This document shows positions 36,045 to 46,219 of a DNA stretch of 64,000 bases, one piece after another. The notes below the pieces were generated by a model, which ran no database searches, was not told the DNA's origin, and was given only the letters and a program-made list of their open reading frames with translations. The number at the start of each line of letters is the position of its first letter. The first letter of the stretch is position 1. The translations under genes were made by a program, and so were the position numbers. This stretch comes from a virus (lineage: Duplodnaviria > Caudoviricetes), in the IMG/VR virus record IMGVR_UViG_3300049140_000186, positions 9,783 through 73,782 of that record; one strand, written 5' to 3'.

Positions 36045-36599
36045 GTGATTATTTTGGGCCTCGACATCGCTACGACGACGGGCTTCGCTTGGTATGAGCC
36101 CGGCTCATCGCTGTCATCTATCAAAACCGGCCTGATCAAGGCCGAAGGCGAGAATGCCGAGGAAAAGGCCGCGTCGATCGCGCAGCAGCTCGTGGCGCTG
36201 ATCAAGCCCATGCGGCCGGATTTCGTCGCCGTCGAGCAGCCAATGCGCAACGTGGTCTCGTTCAAGAAGACGAAGCAGACGCTAGCCGGGCCCGTCGACG
36301 AGCAGACGATCAACCCGAACGCGCTGCAGCTTTCCAGCCTGACCGGCGCCGCCATAGCGGTCATCGCTGCCTATCGCATCCCATGGGAGACGATCCCCTC
36401 GTCGACCTGGAGGAAGCATTTCCTCGGCATGGGCCGCTCTCCCGGCTTTGACCGCGCCATGTGGAAGCGCGCCGCGGTCGAGCGCTGCCGGGTTTTCAAG
36501 ATCGCGGTGAAGAACGCCGATGCTGCCGAATCCGTGGGGATCGCGATGGCCGGCGAGGCGACGCAGACATTCAAGATGATCGGGGCGAGGGCTGCGTGA
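36045..36599 (+). CDS. RuvC-fold Holliday junction resolvase-like nuclease
   Basis: IILGLDIATTTGFA...DFVAVEQP...P.STWRK...NADAAES. Confidence 0.75.
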   Translation: MIILGLDIATTTGFAWYEPGSSLSSIKTGLIKAEGENAEEKAASIAQQLVALIKPMRPDFVAVEQPMRNVVSFKKTKQTLAGPVDEQTINPNALQLSSLTGAAIAVIAAYRIPWETIPSSTWRKHFLGMGRSPGFDRAMWKRAAVERCRVFKIAVKNADAAESVGIAMAGEATQTFKMIGARAA

Positions 36600-36604
36600 C
36601 CTTC

Positions 36605-37270
36605 TCAATCATCATCAATAACACTGGTGATCGCCCTTGCGAGACGCTTTTCGTGCTCTTGGCCGAGGACCCGGTACTTGATTTCGAACTCGAACCTCGA
36701 GGCGATGGTCACCGGGTCTGTCACGGGTTCTCCGTTACGCGACAGGTGGATCTTCAGCGATCGCTCGGGTGGTGGCTCGTTATTTCGGTCGGTCCAGCCT
36801 TGGATAAGGAAGCTCCCGCTCTCACCCGCTCTAATTTGAGCGCGCCTGGAGAGGCGGCTCGCATCTTTTTTGTCGCTCAAATCCTCAACGGTAACATCGT
36901 TGCCGTTTCGGATTGTGACGTCGCCCACCATCACCCGCCGTCGGTTCCAGTTCCTGACGGTCAGATAGATCTCGCGCGCGCGCCGGTTGCGGTAAATAAG
37001 GAAATCAGGCTCGGGGTCCCCGACAATAAAAGCCGTCTGGCGACGGGCTTCGACCACCTGGTGCCAAAGGATCGGGAGTGTGACGACGGCAGCGACGAAC
37101 GCCGCCCAGCCACTGAGAGCGCTCACCCATTCTCGGACGCAGTGCTCCTCACCGACAACGCACCACGAGAACTCAGCCAGCACGGACGCCGCGATGAAGT
37201 AGGCGGCAAACCCGCCGACAAGCGGGCCAACAATCACGTTGAACCAAAATATGAATTTCTGCTCCCCCAT
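36605..37270 (-). CDS. Antisense membrane protein (moron)
   Basis: Two N-terminal TM helices (WVSALSGWAAFVAAVVTLPILWHQV) then a soluble beta domain; start moved to ATG 37270. Confidence 0.65.
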   Translation of the reverse strand: MGEQKFIFWFNVIVGPLVGGFAAYFIAASVLAEFSWCVVGEEHCVREWVSALSGWAAFVAAVVTLPILWHQVVEARRQTAFIVGDPEPDFLIYRNRRAREIYLTVRNWNRRRVMVGDVTIRNGNDVTVEDLSDKKDASRLSRRAQIRAGESGSFLIQGWTDRNNEPPPERSLKIHLSRNGEPVTDPVTIASRFEFEIKYRVLGQEHEKRLARAITSVIDDD

Positions 37271-37314
37271 GTCCGTTTGAATAGCATGGGTTCGGATCAG
37301 TTGGCGAGGGTGGC

Positions 37315-37512
37315 ATGAAGCACGCCCGCGACATGAACCCACGCGAGATCGAGCGCATGTGCGCCCGCGTCTATCTCAATGAGGCGCGTCGGCGGCGGGG
37401 GCAGTCTTTTGCCGCCACATTGCTCCAATGGGCGAAGAACGCCCGCAACCGCGCGAACGCGTGGCGGCCCGCTCCACCTGCACAGGGCGATCTGTTCGGA
37501 GGTCGGCAATGA
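37315..37512 (+). CDS. Hypothetical small protein
   Basis: 65 aa ending QGDLFGG; ATGA coupling to helicase. Confidence 0.55.
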   Translation: MKHARDMNPREIERMCARVYLNEARRRRGQSFAATLLQWAKNARNRANAWRPAPPAQGDLFGGRQ

Positions 37513-38948
37513 ACGCTCATCCCCGCGAGTTCCGCGCCCCGCTCCCCGATGCCATTGAGGCCGAACAGGCCCTACTAGGCGCGGTTTTCCTCGACAACTC
37601 CAATTACTGGAAGGTCGCGGGCTTCCTGCAGCCCAAGCATTTCTCCGAGCCGGCGAACGCCTTGGTCTATGAGGTGGTCGGCAAGATGATCGCCGAGGGC
37701 CGGCCGGCCAATCCGCTGACGATCAAGCCGTACATTCCAGCCGCTGACATGATCGGCGAGATCAGTTTCTTCCAGTATGTCATCGAGCTTGGCCGCCAGG
37801 CTGTCGGCGGGGCCGCGGTGTACGAGAACGGCCGCGCGGTGATGGAGATATGGGCCCGGCGGCAGTTGATCGCGGCGGCGCAAGACCTTGAGGCGCTGGC
37901 GCGCAACATGCCGATCGACATGACGCCGGAGAAGATCATCTGCCACACGGCCGGCGACCTCACCAGGATCGCGCAGGAAGGCAACGAACGGGCCGCATCG
38001 CAAAAATATGGCGTGGTGCTGCCGAAGGCCGTCGACAAGGCCGCGAAGGATAGCGGGGACACTGCGTCCCGCATTCCATGGTTCCTGCCGGAGATCACAG
38101 CAGCGCTGGGCGATGTCCGTCGCGGCAACCTCGTCGGGCTCATGTCCGATTCCGGCGGCGGCAAGACCTCGTTCTCTCTCCAGCAGTGCCGGTTTGCGGC
38201 ATCGCGTGGGTTCAAGACGGCGTTCTTCTCCATCGAAATCACGGACGAGGAAGCTGCGCTCCAGGCCGCTGCACAGCAGACGCATATCCCGCTAGGTCGG
38301 ATCGACGCCTTCACGCTCCAGACCAAGGAGAAGGAAGCCCTGGAGGGCGAGATGACCATTTCCGCCGATCTGCCGTTCTACATCGTCGGGTTTGGCGAAT
38401 GCTCGCTTTCGGACGTCCGGATCAAGGCGGAAGCCATGGTCAAGAGCCAGGGGCTGGATTTGATAATGATCGACCACGCCAAGATGATCGCCCTGCCCAA
38501 TCCGAAGGACATCTTCGCCGACCGGGTGAACGCGCTCTACCGAGGGCTTAAGGCGCTGGCAAAGACGCTGAACGTCGCCATCGTCATCCTGATCCAGCGA
38601 AACGATGATTGGAAGAAGCGCTGGCAGTCAGGCGGCATCATCCGCCCGATGATGGGCGACGCCTATGGCGGCTCGGGTGTGAAACAGAACCTCGACGTGT
38701 GGTTCAGCCTGTACCGTCCAGAGCCGCTCTACAAGGAACTGATCCCGCAAACGCAGCGGCAGGAAAAGCGCGAAGAGCTGATCCAGAAATACGAACGCTC
38801 CCGCGGCAAGGCTCAAATCATCAACCACAAACGGCGGCGCGGCGAGCCGGGCGTTTCGCCCGAAATCCGCTTCGAGGCCGAATACACCATGTTCGCATCG
38901 CTGGCCGAAGATTTGCCGCCGGCGTTCGAAGGATTCGAGGGCTTCTGA
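37509..38948 (+). CDS. DnaB-like replicative helicase
   Basis: IEAEQALLGAVFLDN N-domain; GGGKTS Walker A; FFSIE; MIDH; start moved to ATG 37509. Confidence 0.88.
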   Translation: MNAHPREFRAPLPDAIEAEQALLGAVFLDNSNYWKVAGFLQPKHFSEPANALVYEVVGKMIAEGRPANPLTIKPYIPAADMIGEISFFQYVIELGRQAVGGAAVYENGRAVMEIWARRQLIAAAQDLEALARNMPIDMTPEKIICHTAGDLTRIAQEGNERAASQKYGVVLPKAVDKAAKDSGDTASRIPWFLPEITAALGDVRRGNLVGLMSDSGGGKTSFSLQQCRFAASRGFKTAFFSIEITDEEAALQAAAQQTHIPLGRIDAFTLQTKEKEALEGEMTISADLPFYIVGFGECSLSDVRIKAEAMVKSQGLDLIMIDHAKMIALPNPKDIFADRVNALYRGLKALAKTLNVAIVILIQRNDDWKKRWQSGGIIRPMMGDAYGGSGVKQNLDVWFSLYRPEPLYKELIPQTQRQEKREELIQKYERSRGKAQIINHKRRRGEPGVSPEIRFEAEYTMFASLAEDLPPAFEGFEGF

Positions 38949-39286
38949 TGACCACCAAGCCTTGGCGCTCCGGCCATTTCAAGAACGGCTACGTCGGCGA
39001 GTTCCTGCCATGCGGGCAGCGGACCTGGCGCATGGTCAAATCCAATGGCGAGCCGATCATCTTCGCGACGGCCCGTGCAGCCATCAGCGCGGCGGAGAAC
39101 GCATACATCGCCCGGCTTGAGCCGACGATCCGCGCCACGCTGCCGGTCAATCCTGATCGTCTGGAAGCCAAGCTATCGGCAGAGGCGGAGCAGTGGATCA
39201 GATCGAGCCGCGAGGACAAGCAGAAGGCGCAGACGCAACATCGGGCCGGTCGACGGCCTTTGCAGATTTTGACCGGGAGAGCGTGA
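38948..39286 (+). CDS. Hypothetical protein
   Basis: Start moved to ATG 38948, coupled to helicase stop. Confidence 0.55.
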   Translation: MTTKPWRSGHFKNGYVGEFLPCGQRTWRMVKSNGEPIIFATARAAISAAENAYIARLEPTIRATLPVNPDRLEAKLSAEAEQWIRSSREDKQKAQTQHRAGRRPLQILTGRA

Positions 39287-39558
39287 TGGCACGGGATACA
39301 CGAGACCCTGAGAAGCGCCAGGAGTGGAAAGTCAGGAAAAGCCTCGAAATCCGGGCGATGATCCGGGAAGCATCCGAGAACATGAAGGCGGCAGGTGTGC
39401 ACTTGGACGTTTACGATCGCGTCCCGCCTGAACAAGTGGCCGCCCGCAGGATTTGGGACAGTTTCTCCGATAGACGGACCCTGACCGGCAGGTTGCTCGG
39501 CGACCCCATACCGGAGCGGTCCGCATGGTGGGAAAAGCGGATGGAGGCTGCGGAGTGA
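39286..39558 (+). CDS. Hypothetical protein
   Basis: RRTLTGRLLGDPIPERSA motif; coupled overlaps. Confidence 0.55.
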   Translation: MARDTRDPEKRQEWKVRKSLEIRAMIREASENMKAAGVHLDVYDRVPPEQVAARRIWDSFSDRRTLTGRLLGDPIPERSAWWEKRMEAAE

Positions 39559-39995
39559 CAGACCCGCGCGTCCAATCCCTGTGCGACGAGTTCGGCGTGA
39601 TCATCGTGCCGAAATCGGCCTATCCGGGGCCGGGAGAGACGCGCGCCGTCGGCACACTGCAGAAGATCATCGGCCGCCACGGCATGGAACATGCGCGCCT
39701 GGTCATGACGACGCTGGCGGAGACCGAGAACAACAAGCTCGCCTTAGAAGGCGCGGCTTTCGGCGCGGCATCCGATCTGATCCGCGCCAAGCCGGAATGG
39801 GTCGAGGACACCGACAAATGGTATGCGGTGTGGGATCGCTGCCCGGTCGGCGAGCTTCAGGCTCTCACCCACGAGCTCCGCGGCTTCGTCTCGATGCGAA
39901 GCGCTCTCGCTGGGCTCATCTATGAGCGCATGTGGCGCGCGTATGGGCCGCGTTCAATTCAACCTGATTTGCTTGATGATAGGCGGCGGCCATGA
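39555..39995 (+). CDS. Hypothetical protein
   Basis: GTG start coupled to previous stop. Confidence 0.6.
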   Translation: MTDPRVQSLCDEFGVIIVPKSAYPGPGETRAVGTLQKIIGRHGMEHARLVMTTLAETENNKLALEGAAFGAASDLIRAKPEWVEDTDKWYAVWDRCPVGELQALTHELRGFVSMRSALAGLIYERMWRAYGPRSIQPDLLDDRRRP

Positions 39996-40678
39996 ACATA
40001 GGCGACATTGCACAGACCTTCATCCGGGCGGCCGAGATCGACCGCAACACAATGGAGCATGTCGGGCCGGCGGCGTTGCGGGCTCAACAGCTTCCGTATG
40101 TCCATACCTTTGCGGACAAGGCCGGCTGGCGAAAAGAACCCGGCGACAAGCTCGCCAAGGGCGAAGACCCGCTCGCCGACGAGCGCAAGGCATTCTGGGA
40201 GCGCATCGGCCTCATGCCGACGGCGGCCGAGATCAGCGCCATGGAGGTCATATTCGTCTGGCTGACCGGTCTCGGTGACGATTGCGAGCGCCGCGCCCTT
40301 CTGGCTTGGGCCCGGGCAAAGGCAGGTGGCAAATCATTCCGACGCTGGTGCTTCAAGGTCGAGGGCATCCATCCGGAGACTGGCAGAAGGCGGAAAGACC
40401 GCGCTTTGCAGCGGATTTCAGATCATCTGGCCGGAAAACGCGATTTGCATGACGAAAACCGGGAAATCAGGGTGTTGGCATGCGGGCATGAAATCAGCGA
40501 TGTTTCCGATACGATCGCAGAAGATGCGGGCAAGCGTGACGGGCTCAATAGCTGGCTTGCCGACGATGCGTTCACCTCCTTCATTTCAAACGAACCCGCC
40601 TCGGCGTTCTCATGGGCAGCCAAGCGCAACGAGCGCCGGCGCCAGCAAGAGGCGAAGCGGCGGAAGGAGGCGGCATAG
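39992..40678 (+). CDS. Putative late-transcription regulator (Q-like position)
   Basis: Last early gene before terminase; ALLAWARAKAGG..FRRWC helical pattern. Confidence 0.5.
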   Translation: MNIGDIAQTFIRAAEIDRNTMEHVGPAALRAQQLPYVHTFADKAGWRKEPGDKLAKGEDPLADERKAFWERIGLMPTAAEISAMEVIFVWLTGLGDDCERRALLAWARAKAGGKSFRRWCFKVEGIHPETGRRRKDRALQRISDHLAGKRDLHDENREIRVLACGHEISDVSDTIAEDAGKRDGLNSWLADDAFTSFISNEPASAFSWAAKRNERRRQQEAKRRKEAA

Positions 40679-40743
40679 GTTTCAGAGACTTCGCCCAACC
40701 CTCTAGGGGGGCAGGCGCGGCCCCGGTCGCTTAGAAGGCCACG

Positions 40744-41556
40744 TCAAAAAAATGGCCTGAAATACTCCAAAATCAAACGGACCTGGCCAGTGAGTCTCAC
40801 CAGAGTCGGACCAAGCTCAACTAGATCTTCTCCCGCCACAAGCGACACATTTGCCCTTACATCGAAGGTCTGATTGACCTTCACTATGGGGTTCTTCGTT
40901 CGCCACCGGAAAAACACCTCACCTTCTCGGAGGGGAAGAATAACTTCAATATTTGGCTGGACGTTTTGACCTGCGGCTTCTTCAGACGCAAATTCAACTC
41001 CGCCCGCAAAATTCATCGCCGACGTCGCCAACGTTGCGGCGACAGGGGCCCGATGTTTGTCCGAAATATTTATTCGGTGGAGGAGCAGCAAGGGATCATC
41101 CTGCGGCATTCCCTCACAGACACCATCCTGGGTGCGACCGGAGCGCTGAAATGGCTGGATATCGCGTAGCGCGGTCGCTGCCGCGTCAGGGAGCTGCGGT
41201 AGAAGCCCCTTTGTATTTTGGGCGAAATCGGCGGCGGTTACTGAAATCGGGAACTGTATATAGCGAGGTTTTGGCGGTGGGTCGCATTTTAATCGGGCGA
41301 GAGCGTACGTTAAATTGTCGAGCGCGCTGCGGACGTTATGCAAACATTCGCCGGCCGGCAGCCCAAATTGGTCAACTGCCGCTTTCGCCAACGCCTTGAG
41401 GTGAATCTCAAAGCCTAGCCTGTCTGGAAGGAGAGCGCCCACTCCTGTTAGCGGGCTATCGGCCGCCCATTGCTGAACCAATTGGACAAGTTCGTTTGCC
41501 TGGACCTCTGCTCGGTTCACCCGCAAATCAATGGGCTTTAAAAACTCTGCGCTCAC
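40744..41556 (-). CDS. Antisense moron, HEPN-like helical protein
   Basis: HNVRSALDNL, QFP, QPF, NISDKHR; homologous to 15646-16365; start probably GTG 41556. Confidence 0.6.
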   Translation of the reverse strand: MSAEFLKPIDLRVNRAEVQANELVQLVQQWAADSPLTGVGALLPDRLGFEIHLKALAKAAVDQFGLPAGECLHNVRSALDNLTYALARLKCDPPPKPRYIQFPISVTAADFAQNTKGLLPQLPDAAATALRDIQPFQRSGRTQDGVCEGMPQDDPLLLLHRINISDKHRAPVAATLATSAMNFAGGVEFASEEAAGQNVQPNIEVILPLREGEVFFRWRTKNPIVKVNQTFDVRANVSLVAGEDLVELGPTLVRLTGQVRLILEYFRPFF

Positions 41557-41605
41557 CGCCCATTCTTTCTGAAAAACAATCAAACCCCGCCACAGGAAAT
41601 CAAAC

Positions 41606-41902
41606 ATGGCCCGCGGTGGCAATAGACCTGGAGCCGGCCGGAAGCGCGGTGCACCGAATAAAGCATCGGCAGCACGCCAAGCGAAGGTAGCCGCAACCGG
41701 TATCACACCTCTCGACTACATGCTGAAGATCATGCGCGACCCGGAGGCCGACGACGATCGGCGAGACGAGATGGCGAAAGCCGCTGCTCCTTATGTTCAT
41801 CCCAAGCTCGCCTCGGTCCAGCACACCGGCAAAGATGGCGGTCCTATCCAAACCGAGACACGGACATGGAGGGATGTCTTAAGGCAAGAGGGTGACGAGT
41901 GA
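41606..41902 (+). CDS. terS: Terminase small subunit
   Basis: RGG.RPGAGRKRG.PNK...TPLDYML..MRD...AKAAAPYVHPKL. Confidence 0.8.
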   Translation: MARGGNRPGAGRKRGAPNKASAARQAKVAATGITPLDYMLKIMRDPEADDDRRDEMAKAAAPYVHPKLASVQHTGKDGGPIQTETRTWRDVLRQEGDE

Positions 41903-43317
41903 ATGCTCATGCCCCTCTCACCAATCCCGCGCTCTATGACTTCTGGGAGCAGGTATTTCTGGGGCAGGTGGACACTGCCGTCCTTCATGGAGGTCGCTCC
42001 AGCTCTAAAACGAGGGATACTGCTTGCCAGCTTGTCAGGCTGATCGATCACGTTCCGGTCAAGATGCGCGTGCTGTGCATCAGGCGTTTTCAGAACCGCA
42101 TTCAGGAATCGGTCTATACCGAGCTTAAGTGGGCGATCAATCACCTCGGGTTGAGCGGTTCGTTCGCCATCCAGAAGACGACGATCATCCACATTCCCTC
42201 GGGTTCGGAGTTCATCTTCTACGGCATCGAGCGCAACCTTGAGGACATCAAGGGCACGTCCGATATCGACATTCTTTGGGTTGAGGAGGCGGAAAAACTC
42301 ACTGAGGATCAGTGGATCGTCATCGCGCCGACCATCCGTAAGGAAGACAGCCTGGCGATACTGCTGTTCAACCCGAAATTCGTCACGGACTATGTGTGGC
42401 GCAACTTCGTCGTGAACGTTCCGCCACATTGTGTCGTCAGGCGCATAAATTACACGGAGAACCTGTTCCTCTCGCAGAAGGCTTTGCGCGACATCGCCTT
42501 GATGAAGGATCGCGATCCCGAGACCTTTGAGCACATCTACGGGGGTGTACCGCTAGGGGATAGCGAGCTTTCGATATTCAAACGCCGTTGGCTCGATGCC
42601 TGCGTGGACGCCCACAAGGTGCTGGGCATCAAGCTTACGAGCCGAAATATCGTAGGCTTCGATCCCGCTGACGATGGCGAGGACAAGTGCGCCACGGCCG
42701 ATAAGATCGGCGGCGTGTTTGCAGATGCCGAGGACTGGTCGTCGGGCAAGGATGAACTCGTCCAGAACGCCAAGCGTGTCTGGGCCAAGGCGAAGAACCT
42801 AAAGTCCTCCGTTTCCTACGACACGATCGGCGTCGGCGCGTTCGTCGGTGGCTATATAGACGAGCAGAACAAGGCCAACAAAGCCGACGTGGGGCATCAT
42901 GCCTTCCATGCTGGCGGCGCGGTGATGGACGGCGACAAGCCGAGCGATCCGCACAACAAGAATAGCCCGCTGAACAAGGACGAATATCTGAACCTCAAGG
43001 CGCAGGCTTGGGCGAATACGGCCCGCAGGGCGATGTTGACGTTCAACGCCATCACCCGAGGGCAGCCAATCAAGCCAGAGGATATTCTGTCGTTCTCGTC
43101 CGAAATGGGCGCTCAGAAACTGGATGCGCTGTTCACCGAACTGTGCGTGCCATGGTGGGTGGAACGCGAAGGCAAGAAGCGCGTCGTGCCGAAGGTGAAG
43201 CTCAAGAAGGACTTGGGCGTGAAGTCGCACAACCTCGCTGACGCGGTGATCGCCGCTGACAATGTAAATATGGCGGGCGCCTACACCATCGCCGACCTGA
43301 AGAAAGCCTTCGCATGA
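41899..43317 (+). CDS. terL: Terminase large subunit, PBSX family
   Basis: HGGRSSSK Walker A, WVEEA Walker B, FNP, GFDPADDGED, SHNLADA. Confidence 0.93.
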   Translation: MNAHAPLTNPALYDFWEQVFLGQVDTAVLHGGRSSSKTRDTACQLVRLIDHVPVKMRVLCIRRFQNRIQESVYTELKWAINHLGLSGSFAIQKTTIIHIPSGSEFIFYGIERNLEDIKGTSDIDILWVEEAEKLTEDQWIVIAPTIRKEDSLAILLFNPKFVTDYVWRNFVVNVPPHCVVRRINYTENLFLSQKALRDIALMKDRDPETFEHIYGGVPLGDSELSIFKRRWLDACVDAHKVLGIKLTSRNIVGFDPADDGEDKCATADKIGGVFADAEDWSSGKDELVQNAKRVWAKAKNLKSSVSYDTIGVGAFVGGYIDEQNKANKADVGHHAFHAGGAVMDGDKPSDPHNKNSPLNKDEYLNLKAQAWANTARRAMLTFNAITRGQPIKPEDILSFSSEMGAQKLDALFTELCVPWWVEREGKKRVVPKVKLKKDLGVKSHNLADAVIAADNVNMAGAYTIADLKKAFA

Positions 43318-44690
43318 ATGATCTCGTCAAACCGCGTATCCGCATGCATGCGGACGGCACGGTCACGTTCATGGACGGCTTTGCCAATCTCCTGTCGGGG
43401 CTTGGCCTCGGCAATCCGAAGACCGCGGCGAACACCTATCTGCTGAATTGCTCGCAACAGGATCTCGAATCGGCCTACCGCACGTCGACCTGGTTCGGCA
43501 AGATCGTCGATATCCCGGCCGATGATGCGACCCGGGCATGGCGCTCATGGCAGGCCGACAAGGAACAGATCGAGCTTCTGGAGGCGGAGGAGAAGCGCCT
43601 GCAGGTCAGGCAGAAGGTGCGCCAGGCGCTGATCTGGTCGCGCCTGTACGGTGGCGCCGTGATTATCCCCGGCGGTCTGCCCGGTGCGCCTGACAAGCCG
43701 TTGCCGATCGATCGCGTGGGGAAGGGGACCATCAAGTTCCTGACCGTGCTGCACCGGTTCGACGACATCACGCCGCTTAGCGTTGTCCGCGATCCGCTGA
43801 GCGAGTTCTACGGGCAGCCGGAGTACTGGACCATCAACGGCCAGAGCGGCCAGCAGACGACGCTCCACCCGTCCCGCGTCATCCTCGTGAACGGCCGCAA
43901 GACGCCTTCACGGCTCGGCGGCGAGGAAATCTGGGGCGATAGCGTCTGGATGCACCTCGAGGACGCGGTGCGCAACGCTGACGCCGGCGCTGCTGTTGTC
44001 GGCGCGCTGATGCAGGAAGCCAAGATCGACGTCGTCCGTGTCCCCGACATGATGATGGGCATGGCGACCGCTGAATATGAAGCGGTCATGATGAAGCGCT
44101 TCCGCATGGCGGCGATGCTGAAGAGCGTTTCCAACGTGCTGCTGCTCGACAAGGATGACGAGTGGGATCAGAAGCAGATCACATGGGCCGGCATTCCCGA
44201 TGTGGTGACGCTGCTGCTCACCATCCTGTCCGGCGCGGCCGACATTCCGGTGACGCGCCTGATCGGGACCAGCGCCAAGGGGCTGAACGCCACGGGTGAG
44301 GGCGATCTGCGGAACTACTACGACAACGTCAATGCCAAGCAGGATCTGGTCCTGTCGCCCGCGCTGACGCCGCTCGACGAAATGCTGATCCGTTCCGCGC
44401 TCGGCTCCCGGCCGGCCGAGGTCTGGTATTCTTGGAAGTCGCTATTCCAGCCGACCGACAAGGAACAGGCCGAAGTCGACAAGCTGGAAGCCGAGACGAC
44501 GAACATCTACGCGACCTCCGGGCTTCTGCCTACCGATGCGCTCGCCAAGACGGTTCAAAACCGCATGATCGAAAGCGGCCGCTGGCCCGGCCTTGAGCAG
44601 GCGCTTGAGGAATCGAAGATGGAGCTTGAGGCTCCCGATCCGGCAGAGGATCCGGACGCAGAGCCAGGCGACCGCATTGAGGAGATTTAG
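43314..44690 (+). CDS. Portal protein (DUF1073 family)
   Basis: IVDIPADDATRAW, WSRLYGGA, LHPSRV, ADIPVTRLIG.S.KGLNATGEGDLRNYYD. Confidence 0.9.
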   Translation: MNDLVKPRIRMHADGTVTFMDGFANLLSGLGLGNPKTAANTYLLNCSQQDLESAYRTSTWFGKIVDIPADDATRAWRSWQADKEQIELLEAEEKRLQVRQKVRQALIWSRLYGGAVIIPGGLPGAPDKPLPIDRVGKGTIKFLTVLHRFDDITPLSVVRDPLSEFYGQPEYWTINGQSGQQTTLHPSRVILVNGRKTPSRLGGEEIWGDSVWMHLEDAVRNADAGAAVVGALMQEAKIDVVRVPDMMMGMATAEYEAVMMKRFRMAAMLKSVSNVLLLDKDDEWDQKQITWAGIPDVVTLLLTILSGAADIPVTRLIGTSAKGLNATGEGDLRNYYDNVNAKQDLVLSPALTPLDEMLIRSALGSRPAEVWYSWKSLFQPTDKEQAEVDKLEAETTNIYATSGLLPTDALAKTVQNRMIESGRWPGLEQALEESKMELEAPDPAEDPDAEPGDRIEEI

Positions 44691-44929
44691 CGGGAGCGCG
44701 CCGCCATTTCTCTCAACAGCATTTCGGCCATCGCTGCGACCTCCTGCAGGTCATACTCGTTGCCTTCTGCGTCGATCTCCTGGCCGCTGTGCCTCATTCT
44801 GATATCGAGTGCATCAGGCGGCTCTGCGTAGCGGTGCGTCGAAAAGGCCGCTCCGGTGCCACGATGCTGCACCTCTTGGTCGCTAATTACCTCGAATTGA
44901 TCTCTCGTCACTGGCGTCGTCGACATCAT
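44687..44929 (-). CDS. Small antisense hypothetical protein (moron)
   Basis: 80 aa with RBS GGAGG, inserted between portal and head morphogenesis genes. Confidence 0.55.
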   Translation of the reverse strand: MMSTTPVTRDQFEVISDQEVQHRGTGAAFSTHRYAEPPDALDIRMRHSGQEIDAEGNEYDLQEVAAMAEMLLREMAARSR

Positions 44930-44990
44930 CGGTCCTCCGTTTCACAGACCATATCCGATGCTAGGCTCGGCGCGAACTGCGGATTTTTTA

Positions 44991-45812
44991 ATGAAAATCG
45001 ACCTCCGCCGCATGGCTAAGGCGCAGGGCATCCGCAAGCCTCGCATTGAGACCGCCGCCATTGTGACCACCAAGGCGCAAGCCGACGATCTGGCGCGGCT
45101 CTACATTCGCACGGTGCGGATATGGGCCGTTGGCGCCCGCGACCGCATCAAGCCTGCCTATGCCCGCGCGCTGACAGAGCAGAAGGCAATGGGCGGCCTG
45201 ACGCTGGACAGGGCCGGCGATGTGGAAGTCGAGATCGAGGCCGTGAACAACGAGGCGGTCCGCTCGATCTTCACATTTCGCGGGCTGCTTCAATCATGGG
45301 CCGAGACCATCCAGTCTTGGCACATGCGCCGGTTCGTCTCGCAACTGGTCTATTCGACGAATGTGGACCTCTCGACGCAGATGCATGCCGGCGAGGTGCA
45401 GGAGACGATAGAGGACGTGCTCGCCCGCAACATGGCGCTGATCCGCGACGTATCGGACCAGGCGCGGGGTCGGATTTCCGACATCCTGTTCCGCGGGCTG
45501 CAGAACCGAACGCCGGTCAAGGAAGTGGCGGCAGAGATCGCCAAGGTGACGGGGCTTGCGCGCACGCGGGCATTGAACATCGCCAGCGACCAGACCGTGA
45601 AGCTTTCGGCCTCGCTCGATCGCCAGCGGCAATTGCAGGTCGGCATGACCAGCTTCGAATGGCGGCATAGCGGGAAGCTGCATTACCGGCCCGCGCACAA
45701 GGCGAGGAACGGCAAGGCGTTCGCCTGGAACAGCGATGTCGCCCGCAACGATGCGCCCGGCATGGCTCCGTTCTGCGGATGCAAGACCAAGGGCGTGCTG
45801 GAACTGGATTGA
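44991..45812 (+). CDS. Head morphogenesis protein (SPP1 gp7 / Mu gpF-like)
   Basis: RALNIASDQT.KL...FEWRHSG...RPAH...NGK.F.W...PG..PFCGC. Confidence 0.85.
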   Translation: MKIDLRRMAKAQGIRKPRIETAAIVTTKAQADDLARLYIRTVRIWAVGARDRIKPAYARALTEQKAMGGLTLDRAGDVEVEIEAVNNEAVRSIFTFRGLLQSWAETIQSWHMRRFVSQLVYSTNVDLSTQMHAGEVQETIEDVLARNMALIRDVSDQARGRISDILFRGLQNRTPVKEVAAEIAKVTGLARTRALNIASDQTVKLSASLDRQRQLQVGMTSFEWRHSGKLHYRPAHKARNGKAFAWNSDVARNDAPGMAPFCGCKTKGVLELD

Positions 45813-46219
45813 TGGCGGTCAAAGGCTCTCAGCGCCACGCCGCGCGGCTCAAGGCCATGCGTCAGGTCAGCCAGCAGGTAACGGCCGCGCTTTACAGTGC
45901 CGGTCAGGATATCGAGCTCGACGCCGAACAGTCGATCACCATGGGCTCAGTCAGCGGATCCGGTCACGTCCCGTCCGCTCCGGGCCAGCCGCCGAACGCC
46001 GATACGCGGTTTCTGGACAGCAATATCGAGACCACGATCGAGGGGCAAAACCCGCCGACCGTGCACGTGACATCGAATGCGCCATACTCGGCAGCGCTCG
46101 AATACAGCACATCGAAAATGGCCGAACGCCCGTTCATGCGGCCGGCAACCGAGAAAAACCGCGCCAAGGTAGGCCGCAAGGTCGCCAACGCCGTCCGCGT
46201 GACGATCAGGAGAGGATGA
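45812..46219 (+). CDS. HK97 gp10-like protein
   Basis: SAPGQPPNADT..L..NI...APYSAALEYSTSKM.ERPFMRPA. Confidence 0.75.
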   Translation: MAVKGSQRHAARLKAMRQVSQQVTAALYSAGQDIELDAEQSITMGSVSGSGHVPSAPGQPPNADTRFLDSNIETTIEGQNPPTVHVTSNAPYSAALEYSTSKMAERPFMRPATEKNRAKVGRKVANAVRVTIRRG

